DNA of 64,000 bases from Mobula hypostoma. Its lineage: Eukaryota. Each line of letters starts with the position of its first letter. Positions within the stretch are counted from its first letter, which is position 1. Both the position numbers and the translations under genes were made by a program. The DNA lies in NCBI RefSeq assembly GCF_963921235.1, contig NC_086097.1, positions 207,950,001 through 208,014,000 of the forward strand. Direction: 5' to 3'. Positions 51,951 through 64,000 of this stretch are shown here, piece by piece. The notes beneath the pieces were generated by a model. That model saw only the letters and a program-made list of their open reading frames with translations, did no database searches and was not told the DNA's origin.

Positions 51951-52999
51951 TTAACTACAACTTCTCCTGAAGTTGATATATTTACACTCAAGTGATTCTG
52001 GCTGGAGTTTAAAAAATGGAGAAAAAGAAACTTTCCTTGCTATTTTAGTATGATCAGAAAAATCTCAGCAGAGTGGAGGGAGCTCTAAAGGTGGAAGGCA
52101 CAAGCGTTCAATATCAAGGACATGGCAGTACCTGAAAAGGAAGCAGCAGTGGCAAAAGTCGAACAGAAGAAAGTATATTCCTCTACTATATTCCATTGCT
52201 GGACAAGGTCTTTACTTTTCTTTAGTAGTTGTTCAGTATAAGCCTTCTGAAAATTTATCTAAAATGGTATTTTGAACTATGAAACTGATATTGAATACAG
52301 CCGGATGTTTAAGAAAGAAAGTATGAATAGGAACAATGTCAAATCAAAGGTCCATCTTCAATTGTTTATCCATACTGATAATAAACAGGATTGAGGTCAT
52401 AAAATTAATCAGTTTCAAGTTTAAAAATACAACTTCCTTAATAAAACTGACACCACATGGATATTATGACCTAACTTAGAGAAAACATATAAAGCTTATC
52501 CTTAGATTCAAAGAAATGAATGGATTATTTTTTCCAGCCTCGAAATCAGATAAGGTAGAATTAATCATACAGGTTTAAATATTGTTAACAGCAGAGGTCT
52601 AACCAAAAAAAACGGTATTTTATACTGGTGCAAAACAAAAATAACAAAAAGTTGTGTAAGGGATCAATACACAATGATAGTGGCTGATTAAAGAATCATT
52701 TTATAAACAAGTGCTTACCACACACTTCAAAATTTTCAATTAATGCTAGGCATTCCTGCAGACCCAGAACAAACATATTCCTCTTTATTAAACATTTCAG
52801 CAATGGCGATGTTGACATTATACTTATCATTCATTATTCTCAAGGGAGAAAAATATACAATGATCATACCACCCCCCCCCAAATACCGTCATAACTGGGT
52901 CTTCTAGGTAAATATAATCAGCATTATATCTGACCTTATTCACATCTTATGCTGGGATATATCCACATCTAATATTTATGACAAAGCTATTAAATCTTT

Positions 53000-53565
53000 T
53001 CATGTGTTCACTAGAAAAGCTACCTTTTGCTCGAGTTCAGAAGGTACCATTCCAGAAGGGCATACTGTCGTTCATGCAATTACACTTTACATTGTCCTAA
53101 ATGAGGTAATGACTGGAATTTTCATTGGCAATCAGAAAAATATTGTAATTCAACAAAGCTCCTGTCCAATAAGAAATAGTCCAAGTTCATGGAAAAATGT
53201 ATACTTTAATTGCGGAAATGGAGTCTACACCTCTCTTCCATGCAATTGGTTAGGATCTTGTTATTTTAGGTGTTTTTCCTGCCAGGAGACACACATATCT
53301 TACAGTTACCTCCCAAGTGCAGAAGTAAACTAGACATTTCAGAAAGAAATTGCTTTGCATCAATTTCATTCCCATTTTTATGGAGTTGCAAGGAGTATAG
53401 CAGATTAAAACTGGTGCTGCAGCCTTAAAGAGTATAAGCAGTGAAACTGATGATGTCTTGGGAAAAGTAACAACAGAAACGGTCGCCATGTGTAAGATGG
53501 TTCTTCAAAAATCATATGGCATTACGTCTTCTCTTGGCAGTTGGCGGGGAACCTGTGCAGTTTAG
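53000..53565 (+). pseudogene. Fossil retroviral envelope fragment (end of SU and TM ectodomain), frameshifted
   Basis: Collinear motifs across frameshifts: VYFNCGNGVYTSLPCNWLGSCY, RSKL-DISE (decayed furin site), FASISFP-YGVAR, heptad region, LQ-NHMALRLLLAVGG-GTCAV (immunosuppressive-domain-like). Confidence 0.75.
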
Positions 53566-53931
53566 TTCTTTAAAGAAGTTTGGGTAAAGATACATATTTG
53601 AATACATTCAAAACCTGTGCCAAAGAGAAATGAGAATTTAAGAAGTCAGACATTTATTCTGAACAAACTATCATACAACTCTCCTGAACTAAAACATGAT
53701 TATCTCAACTCAGATAACAGAATTCAATTGTTTCTGAAGTGAACATTGGACAATTGGCTTTAATTTTATCCAATGTTATATCTCTATGCTTTTTACATTC
53801 AAAGTAAATCCTCACCATTTACATTGTAATTTTTCAAAACCAGAACATAATTTTAAGAATGCTTCAGAAAACAGAGACATGGTTTAAAATATCATCACTT
53901 ATACAATGTTATCTTGCAATTGTATACATAC

Positions 53932-54021
53932 CTGCAGCATATCATCAATCATCGTCAGAATGTACTGCACAGTTTGCTCCTTGGAAATGTGGGTCATTAA
54001 ATTCAAGAAAGTTTTGGCACA
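53932..54021 (-). CDS. ATP6V1H: ATP6V1H internal coding exon (90 nt): [30 protein letters not shown]
   Basis: Matches subunit H; acceptor atttcttttag, donor gtatgt. Confidence 0.97.
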
Positions 54022-54234
54022 CTAAAAGAAATAAACAAATCCTTAAAGCAGTAAGTACAAAATAGTTCCTAAAATGATACTGAAGCAGTATATTTGTAAA
54101 CATCTGAAAATATACAATACACAAATATCATGCTATCTACAAGACTAGTTCCAATGACTGATGGGCAGTATTACACAACTTAGTTCTTTATATTCTGAAC
54201 TCAGCTTTACTATAGTATCGAGTACTGAAGAACT

Positions 54235-55715
54235 AAGCTGATCAAATGGCCAGAGTATCCACTGATAACTTTAACCTCTCACTTCGGCAATCTGAGGTAC
54301 CCACCTGCTTCAAGAAGGCTTCAATTATACTGATATACTGGTAGAATATGGAAATCAGCCTCAATGACTATCATCTGATAGCACTTACATCCATTGTGAT
54401 TAAGTGCTTTGAGAGGTTGGTGATGAAACACATCAACCACTGCTTGAGAAACAACTTGGATCTGCTCTAATTTGTCAATGGCACAACAGGTCCACAGCAG
54501 ATGCCATTTCATTAGCTCTTCACTCAACCCTGGAACAGCCTTGATGCATACATCAGAATGCTCTTCATTGCTTACAGCTTGGCATTCAATATTATCACCC
54601 CTGCAAAACTAATCAGTAAGTTTCAAGACCTTGGCCTCAATACCTCCTTGTGCAATTGGATCCTCAATTTTTTCACTTGCAGGCCCCAGTTCAGATTGGC
54701 AACAACATCTCCTCCACAATCAGAGGTGGCTACAAGGTAGTGTGCTTAGCCCCCCGCTCTACTTGCTTTTCACTTATGACTGTGAAGCTAAGCACAGCTC
54801 CTAGCGACGCCCCTGTCATTGGCCGAATCATAAGTTGCGATGAATCAGAACATAGGAGGGAGATAGAAAATCTGGCTGAGTTGTGTCACAACAACGACCT
54901 CTCACTCAATGTCAGCAAGACCAAGGAGCTGATTATTGACTTCAGGTGGAGGAAACCGGAGGTCCATGAGCCAGTCCTCATCAGGAGATCAGAGGTGGAG
55001 GGTCAGCAATGTTAAGTTCTTCACTGGTACCATTTCAGAGGAATTACCCTGGGCCTGGCATGCAAGTGCAGTTTCAAAGAAAGCACAGCATCACCACTAC
55101 TTCCTTAGAAGTTTGCAAATATTTGGCATGACATCTAAAACTTTGACACATTTCTGTAGATGTGTGGCGGTGAGAATATTGAGTTGTTGCATCATGGCCT
55201 GCTGTGGCAACACCAATGGCCTTGTACGAAAAAACCTACAAAAAGTAGTGGATATGGACCAGGTAAAGCCCTCCACACCATTGAGCACTATTTCTAGAAA
55301 GCAACATCCAATATCAGGGACCCCCACCAGCCAGGTCATGTTCTCTCTTGCTGCTGCCATCAGGAAGGTGGTACAGGAGTCTCAGGATTCACACCACCAG
55401 ATACAGGAACAGTTATTACCCTTCAATCAACAGGCTCTTGAACCAAAGAGGAAACCACTCAGCTTCAATGCCCCATCACTGAAATGCTCGCACTGAACTG
55501 GACTCACTTTAAAAGGACTCTTTACCTAATGTTCCTGATTTGTTTTTCATTCTTTTAGTATTTACAGTTTGTTGTTTTTTCTTGCACAATGGTTGGTGTC
55601 CGCCCTGTTGGGTGTGGTCTTTCATTATTTCTATTGTGTTACTTGGACGTACTGTGATTCTACAAAAGAAATGGAATCTCAGGGTTGTATATGGTGAGAT
55701 TTATGTACTTTGATA
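54235..55715 (+). mobile_element. Degenerate Rex1/Babar-type LINE
   Basis: Fragments [48 protein letters not shown]. Confidence 0.8.
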
Positions 55716-55834
55716 CTGTTTCCACTCAATACTGAGGCCAAGAGACTGAAATCTCCTGTTAAAAAAAAAGTCTGACGTTTGTCTCAGATGAAGGAATGGT
55801 CACACTGCTCTCTGGTTTCCTCTGAGAACATAAT

Positions 55835-56460
55835 AGAAACATAGAAAACCTACAGCACAATACAGGCTCTTCGGCCCACAAAGCTGTGCTGAATATGTAC
55901 TTACCTTAGAAATTACTTAGGGTTACCCACAGCCCTCTATTTTTCTGAGCTCCATGTACCTATCCAGGAGTCTCTTAAAAGACCTTATTGTATCCGCCTC
56001 CACTACCGTCACTGGAAGCCCATTCCACGCACTCACCACTCTCTGCATAAAAAACTTACCCCGACATATCTTCTGTACCCACTTCCAAGCACCTTAAAAC
56101 TACGCCCTCTCGTGCTAGTCATTTCAGCCCTGGGAAAAAGCCTCTGACTATCCACACGATCAAAGCCGCTCATCATCTTATACACTTATATCAGGTCACC
56201 TCTCATCCTCCGTCGCTCCAAGGAGAAAAGGCCGAGTTCACTCAACCTATTCTCATAAGGCATGCTCCCCTATCCAGGCAACATCCTTGTAAATCTCCTC
56301 TGCACCTTTTCTATGGTTTCCACATCCTTCCTGTAGTGAGGTGATCAGAACTGAGCACAGTACTCCAAGTGGGGTCTGACCAGGGTCCTATATAGCTGCA
56401 ACACTACCTTAAACTCAATCCCACGATTGATGAAGGCCAATGCACTATATGCTTTCTTAC
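55835..56460 (-). mobile_element. CR1 3' fragment
   Basis: The minus strand encodes LVRPHLEYCAQF and ends in a CR1-type (ttctatgt) tail. Confidence 0.85.
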
Positions 56461-56930
56461 AGCATACAGTGTATTTCTTACATAATGTTGTACCCCCAAA
56501 GAACTCCTCCACTTACTCTAAATTCCTTCCACCATCACTGCACTCTGTTAACTCAACATTAGATTACTACCCTGCGACTCCCTCACATAGCAACGCCTCA
56601 TCCTAACTACCAATTTAGGGTCTGTTAGTACAATTATCTACCAAGGAAAGTAACGAAACTATTACTACAAAGGCAAAATAAAAATTATGCTAATAACAAA
56701 ATATTTTGTATTGAAGGCGATCAACTCACAACCAACAAAGGGAGGTACAACATGGTATATGCTGTTCTTAAATTTGTAGTTGTATCATTTAAGAACAATA
56801 TATCACGTGTATTTCAATACTAAGTTAAAATCTAAAAGGATTTTCTATCCATCAACATGGAGTTTCTGCCAAGATAAGTCTAAGTTACAACGATAAACTA
56901 AAAATATAATGCACGCAGTCCAGATTTTAC

Positions 56931-57030
56931 CTGGTGACCTTCATTATCCAGGATACGCTGTTTATCTTCTGCACGAGCAGCTTCAAACTTTTTAATGAAC
57001 TCACAATCTTCACTGGAAATCATCTGGCCC
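56931..57030 (-). CDS. ATP6V1H: ATP6V1H internal coding exon (100 nt): (Q)GQMISSEDCEFIKKFEAARAEDKQRILDNEGHQ
   Basis: Homologous to human GQMISAEDCEFIQRFE...EGSQ, one codon shorter; acceptor ctctcctcag, donor gtaaaa. Confidence 0.95.
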
Positions 57031-57523
57031 CTGAGGAGAGCACAGTTCTTAATAATTGATAATTCAAATGTATCTGCTGTAGGAAAAGAATTATTAAGAG
57101 GTTTACACTGTTCAAATGCAAACAAAATAACTTCAATGGAGACACGCCACAGCGAATGCTGGAAATCTGGAGCAACACATAAAGGAGCTGAGGAATTCAG
57201 CAAATCAGGCATCATCTATTGAACCTAGATTGAGCAAAAAAAAAGACAAATTCTAACACAAGCTGATGGTAAAGATCTGTTTTGTGGATGGGTGGAAATC
57301 AGGGAAGCAAGTAGCAGTGGAAAGAAAAAAAACTGGCATTTCCAAGGAAGTCCTGACGTTTTCTTGCATTATCCTCAGCAAATTTAGTGTTAGCATTTTT
57401 ACCTAGAATTCATATAATCTTTGTCACACGTTAGTTTCTGTTCCCCCAAATAAGATCCAAGACAAGTCTGTTCTAGGCTCTGGTAATCTCCTACTACTTA
57501 CAAATGGGGAATACACAATGGTA

Positions 57524-57739
57524 ACACACATAAAAGTTGCTGGTGAACGCAGTAGGCCAGGCAGCATCTCTAGGAAGAGGTACAGTCGATATTTCGGACC
57601 GAGACCCTTCGTCTCAGCCCGAAACGGTGACTGTACCTCTTCCTAGAGATGCTGCCTGGCCTGCTGCATTCACCAGCAACTATTATGTGCACTGCTTGAA
57701 ATTTCAGTATCTGCAGATTTCCTCGTGTTTGCGTTTTTA
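57524..57739. mobile_element. Palindromic miniature Penelope-like insertion
   Basis: Two PLE terminal-repeat ends fused head-to-head (arms ~57527-57605 / ~57611-57689). TSD aatacacaatggta (57510-23) / aatacacaaaggta (57740-53). Confidence 0.8.
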
Positions 57740-59424
57740 AATACACAAAGGTATCTTGTACCAGCACGGACCTAGCACAGACCACTTCCCATTCCTTCCA
57801 GTGATGAACAAATTGTCGATTTAAATTTTAAAATTAAGTATTCATAGCTTTCTTTTTAAATTTTCAAATGTCATACTTGCACATTGGAAGTGTCCAGTTT
57901 TTAAAAAACTTAATAATCTGGCTAGACTAATGAGCATGATGGCCAGTTATCAAAGTTTAAGCATCTTTTTTTTTTAATTTGATACCTTTAATAGCTTAAA
58001 AAGTTAAAATCTAAAATTAAAACAAAGTAAAATCATTTTAAATAAACATAATTCCTTCTGCACGGATCCAGTGTTAAATCTATAGCTCCTTCTACTGATA
58101 CTGCTTGACCCGTTGAGTACCTCCACTATTTTCTGGTTTCATCTCAAATTTCCTGCATCTGTATTATTTTTTTACTTTTCACTTATCTCCCTTTCCTACC
58201 TCTAAATCTTTGCTCAATCATCCATCTCAATTTGTTCTCATTCTATGTCAGAACTGAACTGGTACAAAATTCAAGAGGCAATTCGCATTCCATGTGGACT
58301 CAACAATAACTCTTCGGACCAATCATCAGTCCCAAACTTCAGCCAATGCACTGGAAAATGCGATCTTCAGACATTAACCAGGATATACACTGATGAGTAA
58401 TCTAACTTTGCTGGAATTCTTCAAACGTCTCATGTTTTGTACGAGTTCTGATTCCAATGAGCAGCAAATACGTTCCAGGATCTTATCTCCAATTACTGAA
58501 AGAATTGTTGGGAGCTTGGGTCCATAACAAGAATTCAATGGATGCCAAAGACAAAGAAGAAAGCACACAATCGTCCTTTAGTTAACCTAGTGGATTGCTA
58601 TTCATTATCTACAGATTTCATTTTGCATAATAAATTTGGGGGGGTGCTGTTTATTCCACTGAATTTTTTTCACCTTTGAAAATTTTCCCAATAAAATTAT
58701 ATACATTATGTGCCCTTCTGAATATTTATAAAACTTTATGAAATATTTGACCAGATACTTACATGACCATTTCATTTTAATGTTGTATTGCTATTACTTT
58801 CAACAAGTTACTTGTAAAAGACTAAAGCTAAAACGCCAATTTAATTAGCTTCATAAGACTGCAGACAGGTATCAAATTTTATGCAGCAGTTAAATACTCA
58901 AATTAGACCTGAATGTCACTCCATAAGATAGTAAATAGCTAATTAATCTAATCTTCGACAGTACCGAGTGAAATAGCAAATACATATCTGAACTTTTAAA
59001 AAACTTTTCACAGTTTGCATGATACATACATATGATAATTTAGACAGTTAAAATGTTAGTTACCTTTTTACAATTAAAATTAGACAGATTAATTATTGCT
59101 ATTACTGTCAAAGCCCAATCTTTCCAGTTTTCTAGCTGTGACCCTGCTTGGGAAGTTTTGTTATATCTAATTTTACAGATATCGGTCTATTTTCTTTTAG
59201 CGAGGGTGCTACCATTATAATGACTTATGCAGCACGATGAGGAGCCTTTGAGTAATTGATGGGGGGAAGTCAGTGGGTCAAGCAGCATCTGTGGACGCAA
59301 AGTGATTTTTTGATGTTTTGGGTTGTGACCCTACATCAACACTGAGTGCAGAGGATAGCCAATACAAACAGGTGAAAGAGAGGAGTGAGACTGTGGTTGG
59401 TAGGCATTGGTGGAATGGGAGAAG

Positions 59425-60335
59425 ATTTGAGATCAAGATTCAAGATTGTTTAATGCCATTTCCAGTACAAAGTATAAAGGAGAATGAAATAATTGTTAGT
59501 CTGAATCCGATGCAGTGCAAAAAAAAATAAAGAGCACAATTTTTTTTTATTACACATACATAAGATAGCTTATATATACAAAGATTGATTGCATATCCAT
59601 AAAATGACACTAGGCACAGGAGTGTCTGTACACAAGGTGACTGACAGGAAATGATAAAGCAGTAGTGGTGTGGGATGTGGAGGGTGGGTTAGTAAGTGAA
59701 GGTACTGGTTAGCCTTACGGCTGGAAAAAGTAGCTGTTGAAGAGCCTGGTAGTCCTGGCGTGAATGCTTGCTAAGTAGTCTTCTTCCTGATAGGAGTGGG
59801 GCAAACAGTCTATGAGCAGGACTAATCGGATATTTATGATGCTGGCCTTTTCTGGCACCTTTCTGTATACATGTCCTTGATGACAGGTAGGCTGCTGTTG
59901 GTGATGTACTGGGCAGCTTTGACTACCTGCTGTGGAGCCTTCTTGTCTGTCGCAGTGCAGTTTCCATACCAGGCAGGGATGCAGCATATTAGGATGTGCA
60001 ACTGTAGAATAAAGTAAGTATAAATGTGCATAGTCCAGCTCTCTTCAGTCTCCTCAGAAAGTAGAAGCTTTGGTGAACTTATCTGTGTAAAATCTGTCTG
60101 GATCATGAGAGCTTGTGTGTGATGTGCAGTCCCAGAAGTTTTGAAACTGCTTGCGGTTTCCACTACTGTGTCACCAATGTAAAGAGTGGTGCAATTTCTC
60201 CTGAAATCGGTAACCATCTTCTTTGTCTTGTTGACATTAAGGAAGAGGTAATTTGCCTGGCACCAGGCCTGGACCTCTTCCACCTCCTCTCTGTAGGCCA
60301 TCTCTTCATTGTTGGTGATGAGCCCCATCAGCAAA
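59425..60335 (-). mobile_element. Degenerate Rex1/Babar-type LINE (3' part)
   Basis: GLITNNEEMAYREEVE..AWCQAN.L.LNVNKTKKM..DFRR; CIPAWYGNCT; (tcttga)n tail at ~59430. Confidence 0.8.
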
Positions 60336-60336
60336 C

Positions 60337-63300
60337 TTTTCTTCGGCAGTTGAATGGGGCACGACTGCGCAAGCGCGTGCAAGTCGGCCCATGAGGCAGC
60401 GGGAGTATTTAAAAGAGAACAGTTTGTGAAAGTCAGTCATTTTCTTCGACAGTTGAACAGGGCACGACTGCGCAAGCACATGTAAGTTGGACCATGAGGC
60501 AGCGGGAGACGTTGTAGCGGGCAAAGGAGTAGAGGGAGACAGAGTAAGAAGGAGGCTAAGGAAGAGCTTCACTCCAAGTGAGGTAAGGTTGGGTAGTTCC
60601 TTTAATAAATCTAATTACCTTAACAGTAGGTAATGGAGGCAGCAGTTCGGGCAGTTGAGTGCTCCGTCTGCAGGATGTGGGAAGTCAGGGCAAGCACAAT
60701 CATCCTGATAACTACACCGGCGAAAGGTGCATCCAGCTGCAGCTCCTGACAAACCGAGTTAGGGAGCTGGAGCTAGATGAACTTCGGATCATTCAGGAGG
60801 CAGAGGAAGAAATAGACAGGAGTTACAGGGAGATAGTCAGCCCGAAGGGTCGGGAGACAAGTAGCTAGGTGACTGTCAGGAGAGGGAAGGGGAATAGACA
60901 GAATGAGCAGAGCACCCCTGTGGCCATTCCCACCAATAATAAGTACATCATTTTGGATACTGTTGATGGGGACAACCTACCAGGGACAAGTTACAGTGGT
61001 TGCATCTCTGGCACCGAGACGGGACCCTCAACTCAGAAGGGAAGGAGGGAAAGGAGGAGAGCAGTAGAGATAGGGGATTCGATAGTTAGGGAGACAGGTA
61101 AAAGGTTCTGTGGAAGAGATCGAGAATCCCAGATGGTCTGTTGCCTCCCTGGTGGCAAGGTCTGCGATATCTCAGATCGAGTCCTCGGTATTCTCAGGAG
61201 GGAGGGTGAGCAGCCGGATGTCGTGGTCCATGTAGGGACCAATGACGTGGGTAGGAAGAGTGAGGAGGTCCTGAAAGGTGAGCTTAGGGAGTTAGGAGCC
61301 AAGTTAAAGGACAGGTCCTCCAGGATAGCAATCTCAGGATTGCTACCAGTGTCACGTGCAGGCAGGTTTAGAAATAGTAAGATAGTGCAGATCAACATGT
61401 GGCTGAAGACATGGTGCAGGAGGGAGGGCTTCAGATTTATAGATAATTGGGCAATTTTCCAGGGAAGGTGGGACCTCTTCCGGCAGGACGGTCTACATCT
61501 GAACTGGAGGGGGACAAATATTCTTGCAGGTAGATTTGCTAGAGAGGCTCCAGTGGATTTAAACTAGATATGCGGGAGGAGGGGAACCGGAATGTAGGAA
61601 CAGATGTAGGGAAGAAGGAAGAAAAAGAAAATAGTAAAGTTGTTTGCACAGTTAGTGATAAAATAGAGAGTAAGAGGTGGAAAATTTCTTAAATGCATTT
61701 ATTTTAATGCTGGGAGCATTATAAGAAAGGTGGAGCAGCTTAAAGCATGGATTGATGTGGTAGCTATCAGTGAAACATGGTTACAGGAGGGGTGTGATTG
61801 ACACTAAATATTCCTGGATTTAATTACTTCAGGTGTGATAGAATCAGAGGGACAAGAGGGGGAGGTGTTGGAAAATATTACAGGGGTGCTCTGGCAGGAT
61901 AGATTACAGGGCTCGTCTAGGGAAGCTATTTGGGTGGAATTGAGGAATAGGAAAGGTGTAATAACTCTTATGGGGGTATATTATAGACCAGCAAATGGGG
62001 AGCAAGAATTGGAGGAGCAAATTTGTAAAGAGATAGCAGATATTTGTAGTAAGCACACGTTGTGATTGTGGGAGATTTTAATTTTCCACACAAAGACTGG
62101 GAAGCCCATACTGTAAATGGGCTGGATGGTTTGGAGTTTGTAAAATGTGTGCAGGATACTTTTTTTGCAGCAATACATAGAGGTACCAACTAGAGAAGAG
62201 GCAGTGGTTGGATCTCCTGTTAGGGAATGAGATAGGTCAGGTGATGGAGGTTTGTGTTGGGGAGCACTTCATATCCAGTGATCACAATGCTATTAGTTTC
62301 AATATAATTATGGAGAAGGGTAGGTCTGGACCCAGGGTTGGGATTTTTGATTGGAGAAAGGCTAACTTTGAGGAGATGCGAAAGGATTTAGAAGGAGTGG
62401 ACTGCGACAATTTGTTTTATAGGAAGAATGTAATAGAGAAATGGAAGTCGCTTATAGCTGAAATTTTGAGAGTACAGAATCTTTATGTTCCTGTTAGGAT
62501 AAAAAGAAAGGTTAAAAGTTTGAGAGAAAAAGAGAGATATCTACAATAAATATAGGCAGCATGGAGAATATGAGGTGCTTGAGGAATATAAAGAATGTAA
62601 AAAGAATCTTAAGAAAGAAATTAGAAAAGCTAAAAGAAGATAGGAGGTTGCTTTGACAAGTAAGGGGAAAATAAATCCCAAGGGTTTCTACCGTTATATT
62701 AATAGCAAAAGGATAGTGAGAGATAAACTTGGCCCCTTAGAGAACCAGAGTGGACAACTATGTGTGGAGCCAAAAGAGATGGGGGAGATTCTAAACAATT
62801 TCTTTTCTTTGGTATTCACTAAGGAGAAGGATATTGAATTGAGTAAGATAAGAGAAACAGGTAGGGAAGTTATGGAAACTATGATGATTAAAGAAGAGGA
62901 AGTACTGGAGATTTTAAGGAATATAAAAGTGGATAAGTCTCCGGGCCCTGACAGGATATTCCCTAAGACCTTGAGGAAATTTAGTGTGCAAATAGCAGGG
63001 GCTCTGACAGAAATATTTCAAATGTCATTAGAAACAGGCATGGTGCCTGAGGATTGGAGTATTGCTCATGTTGTTCCATTGTTTAAAAAGAGTTCTAAGA
63101 GCAAACCTAGCAATTATCGGCCTGTGAGTTTGACGTCAGTGGTGGGTAAATTGATGGGAAGTATTCTTAGGGATGGTATATATAATTATCTGCATAGACA
63201 GGGTCTGATTAGGAACAGTCGACATGGATTAGTGCATGGAAGGTCATGTTTGACAAATCTTATTGAATTTTTTGAAGCGGTTACTAGGAAAGTTGACGAG

Positions 63301-64000
63301 GGTAAAGCAGGGGATGTTGTCTATATGGACTTCAGTAAGACCTTTGACAAGGTCCCACACGGAAGGTTGGTTAGGAAGGTTTAATCGTTAGGTATTAATA
63401 TTGAAGTAGTAAAATGGATTCAGCAGTGGCTAGATGGGAGACGCCACAGAGTGGTGGTGGATAACTGTTTGTCAGATTGGAGGCCGGTGACTGGTGGTGT
63501 GCCTCAGGGATCTGTACTGGGTCCAATGTTATTTGTCATACACATTAATGATCTGGATGATGGGGTGGTAAATTGGATTAGTAAGTATGCAGGTGATAGG
63601 TGGAGTTGTGGATAATGAAGTAGGTTTTCAAAGCTTGCAGAGAGATTTAGGCCAGTTAGAAGAGCGGGCTGAAAGATGGCAGATGGAGTTTAATACCAAT
63701 AAATGTGAAGTGTTACATTTTGGTAGGACTAATCAAAATAGGACATACATGGTAAATGGTCGGGCAATGAAGAATGCAGTAGAGCAGAGGGATCTAGGAA
63801 TAATGGTGCATAGTTCCCTGAAGGTGGAATCTCATGTGGATAGGGTGGTGAAGAAAGCTTTTGGTATGCTGGCCTTTATTAACCAGAGCATTGAGTGTAG
63901 GAGTTGGAATGTAATGTTGAAATTGTACAAGGCATTGGTGAGGCCAAATTTGGAGTATTGTGTACAGTTTTGGTCACCGAATTATAGGAAAGATGTCAAC
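60337..64000 (+). mobile_element. CR1 LINE with 5' UTR, ORF1 (CxxC motif plus SGNH/GDSL esterase) and ORF2 (APE, RT); disrupted, runs off the window
   Basis: ORF1 from ATG 60633 (ECSVC; IGDSIVR, VVHVGTND, DGLHLN). ORF2 fragments (YYRP, GDFNF, SDHNAI, KSPGPD, NYRPVSLTS, YMDFSK.FDKV, GVPQGSVLGP) with stops and frameshifts. Confidence 0.93.

Noticed and set aside
56898..57215. 105-aa ORF as a single-exon gene
   Set aside because: Only 56931-57030 is the ATP6V1H exon; the rest is intronic read-through.
60583..60626. Possible mini-intron in the CR1 5' UTR (gtaagg...ctaat...aacag)
   Set aside because: About 44 nt is too short for a typical vertebrate intron, and there is no transcript evidence.

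Overview
Eukaryotic (vertebrate) genomic DNA. The repeat content (CR1, Rex1/Babar, Penelope-like, Tc1 and HE1/V-SINE-like elements) suggests a cartilaginous fish; this is inference. The whole window lies inside the minus-strand gene ATP6V1H (V-ATPase subunit H). Six internal coding exons are present with canonical AG/GT ends, including the small cassette exon that is alternatively spliced in mammals. The start-codon exon and the downstream exons fall outside the window. The introns are filled with nested mobile elements. The most notable items are: (1) a ~560-bp non-coding RTE-type retroposon at ~10722-11282 whose 5' end folds into a complete HDV-like ribozyme with an unusual hairpin inserted in L3; (2) Penelope-like insertions carrying hammerhead motifs, inverted pseudo-LTRs and 13-16 bp TSDs; (3) an internally deleted Gypsy LTR element with a PNMA-like gag and G-rich 47-bp minisatellites in its LTRs; (4) an isolated fossil retroviral env. 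Repeat boundaries are read by eye and are approximate unless a TSD or TIR is quoted.
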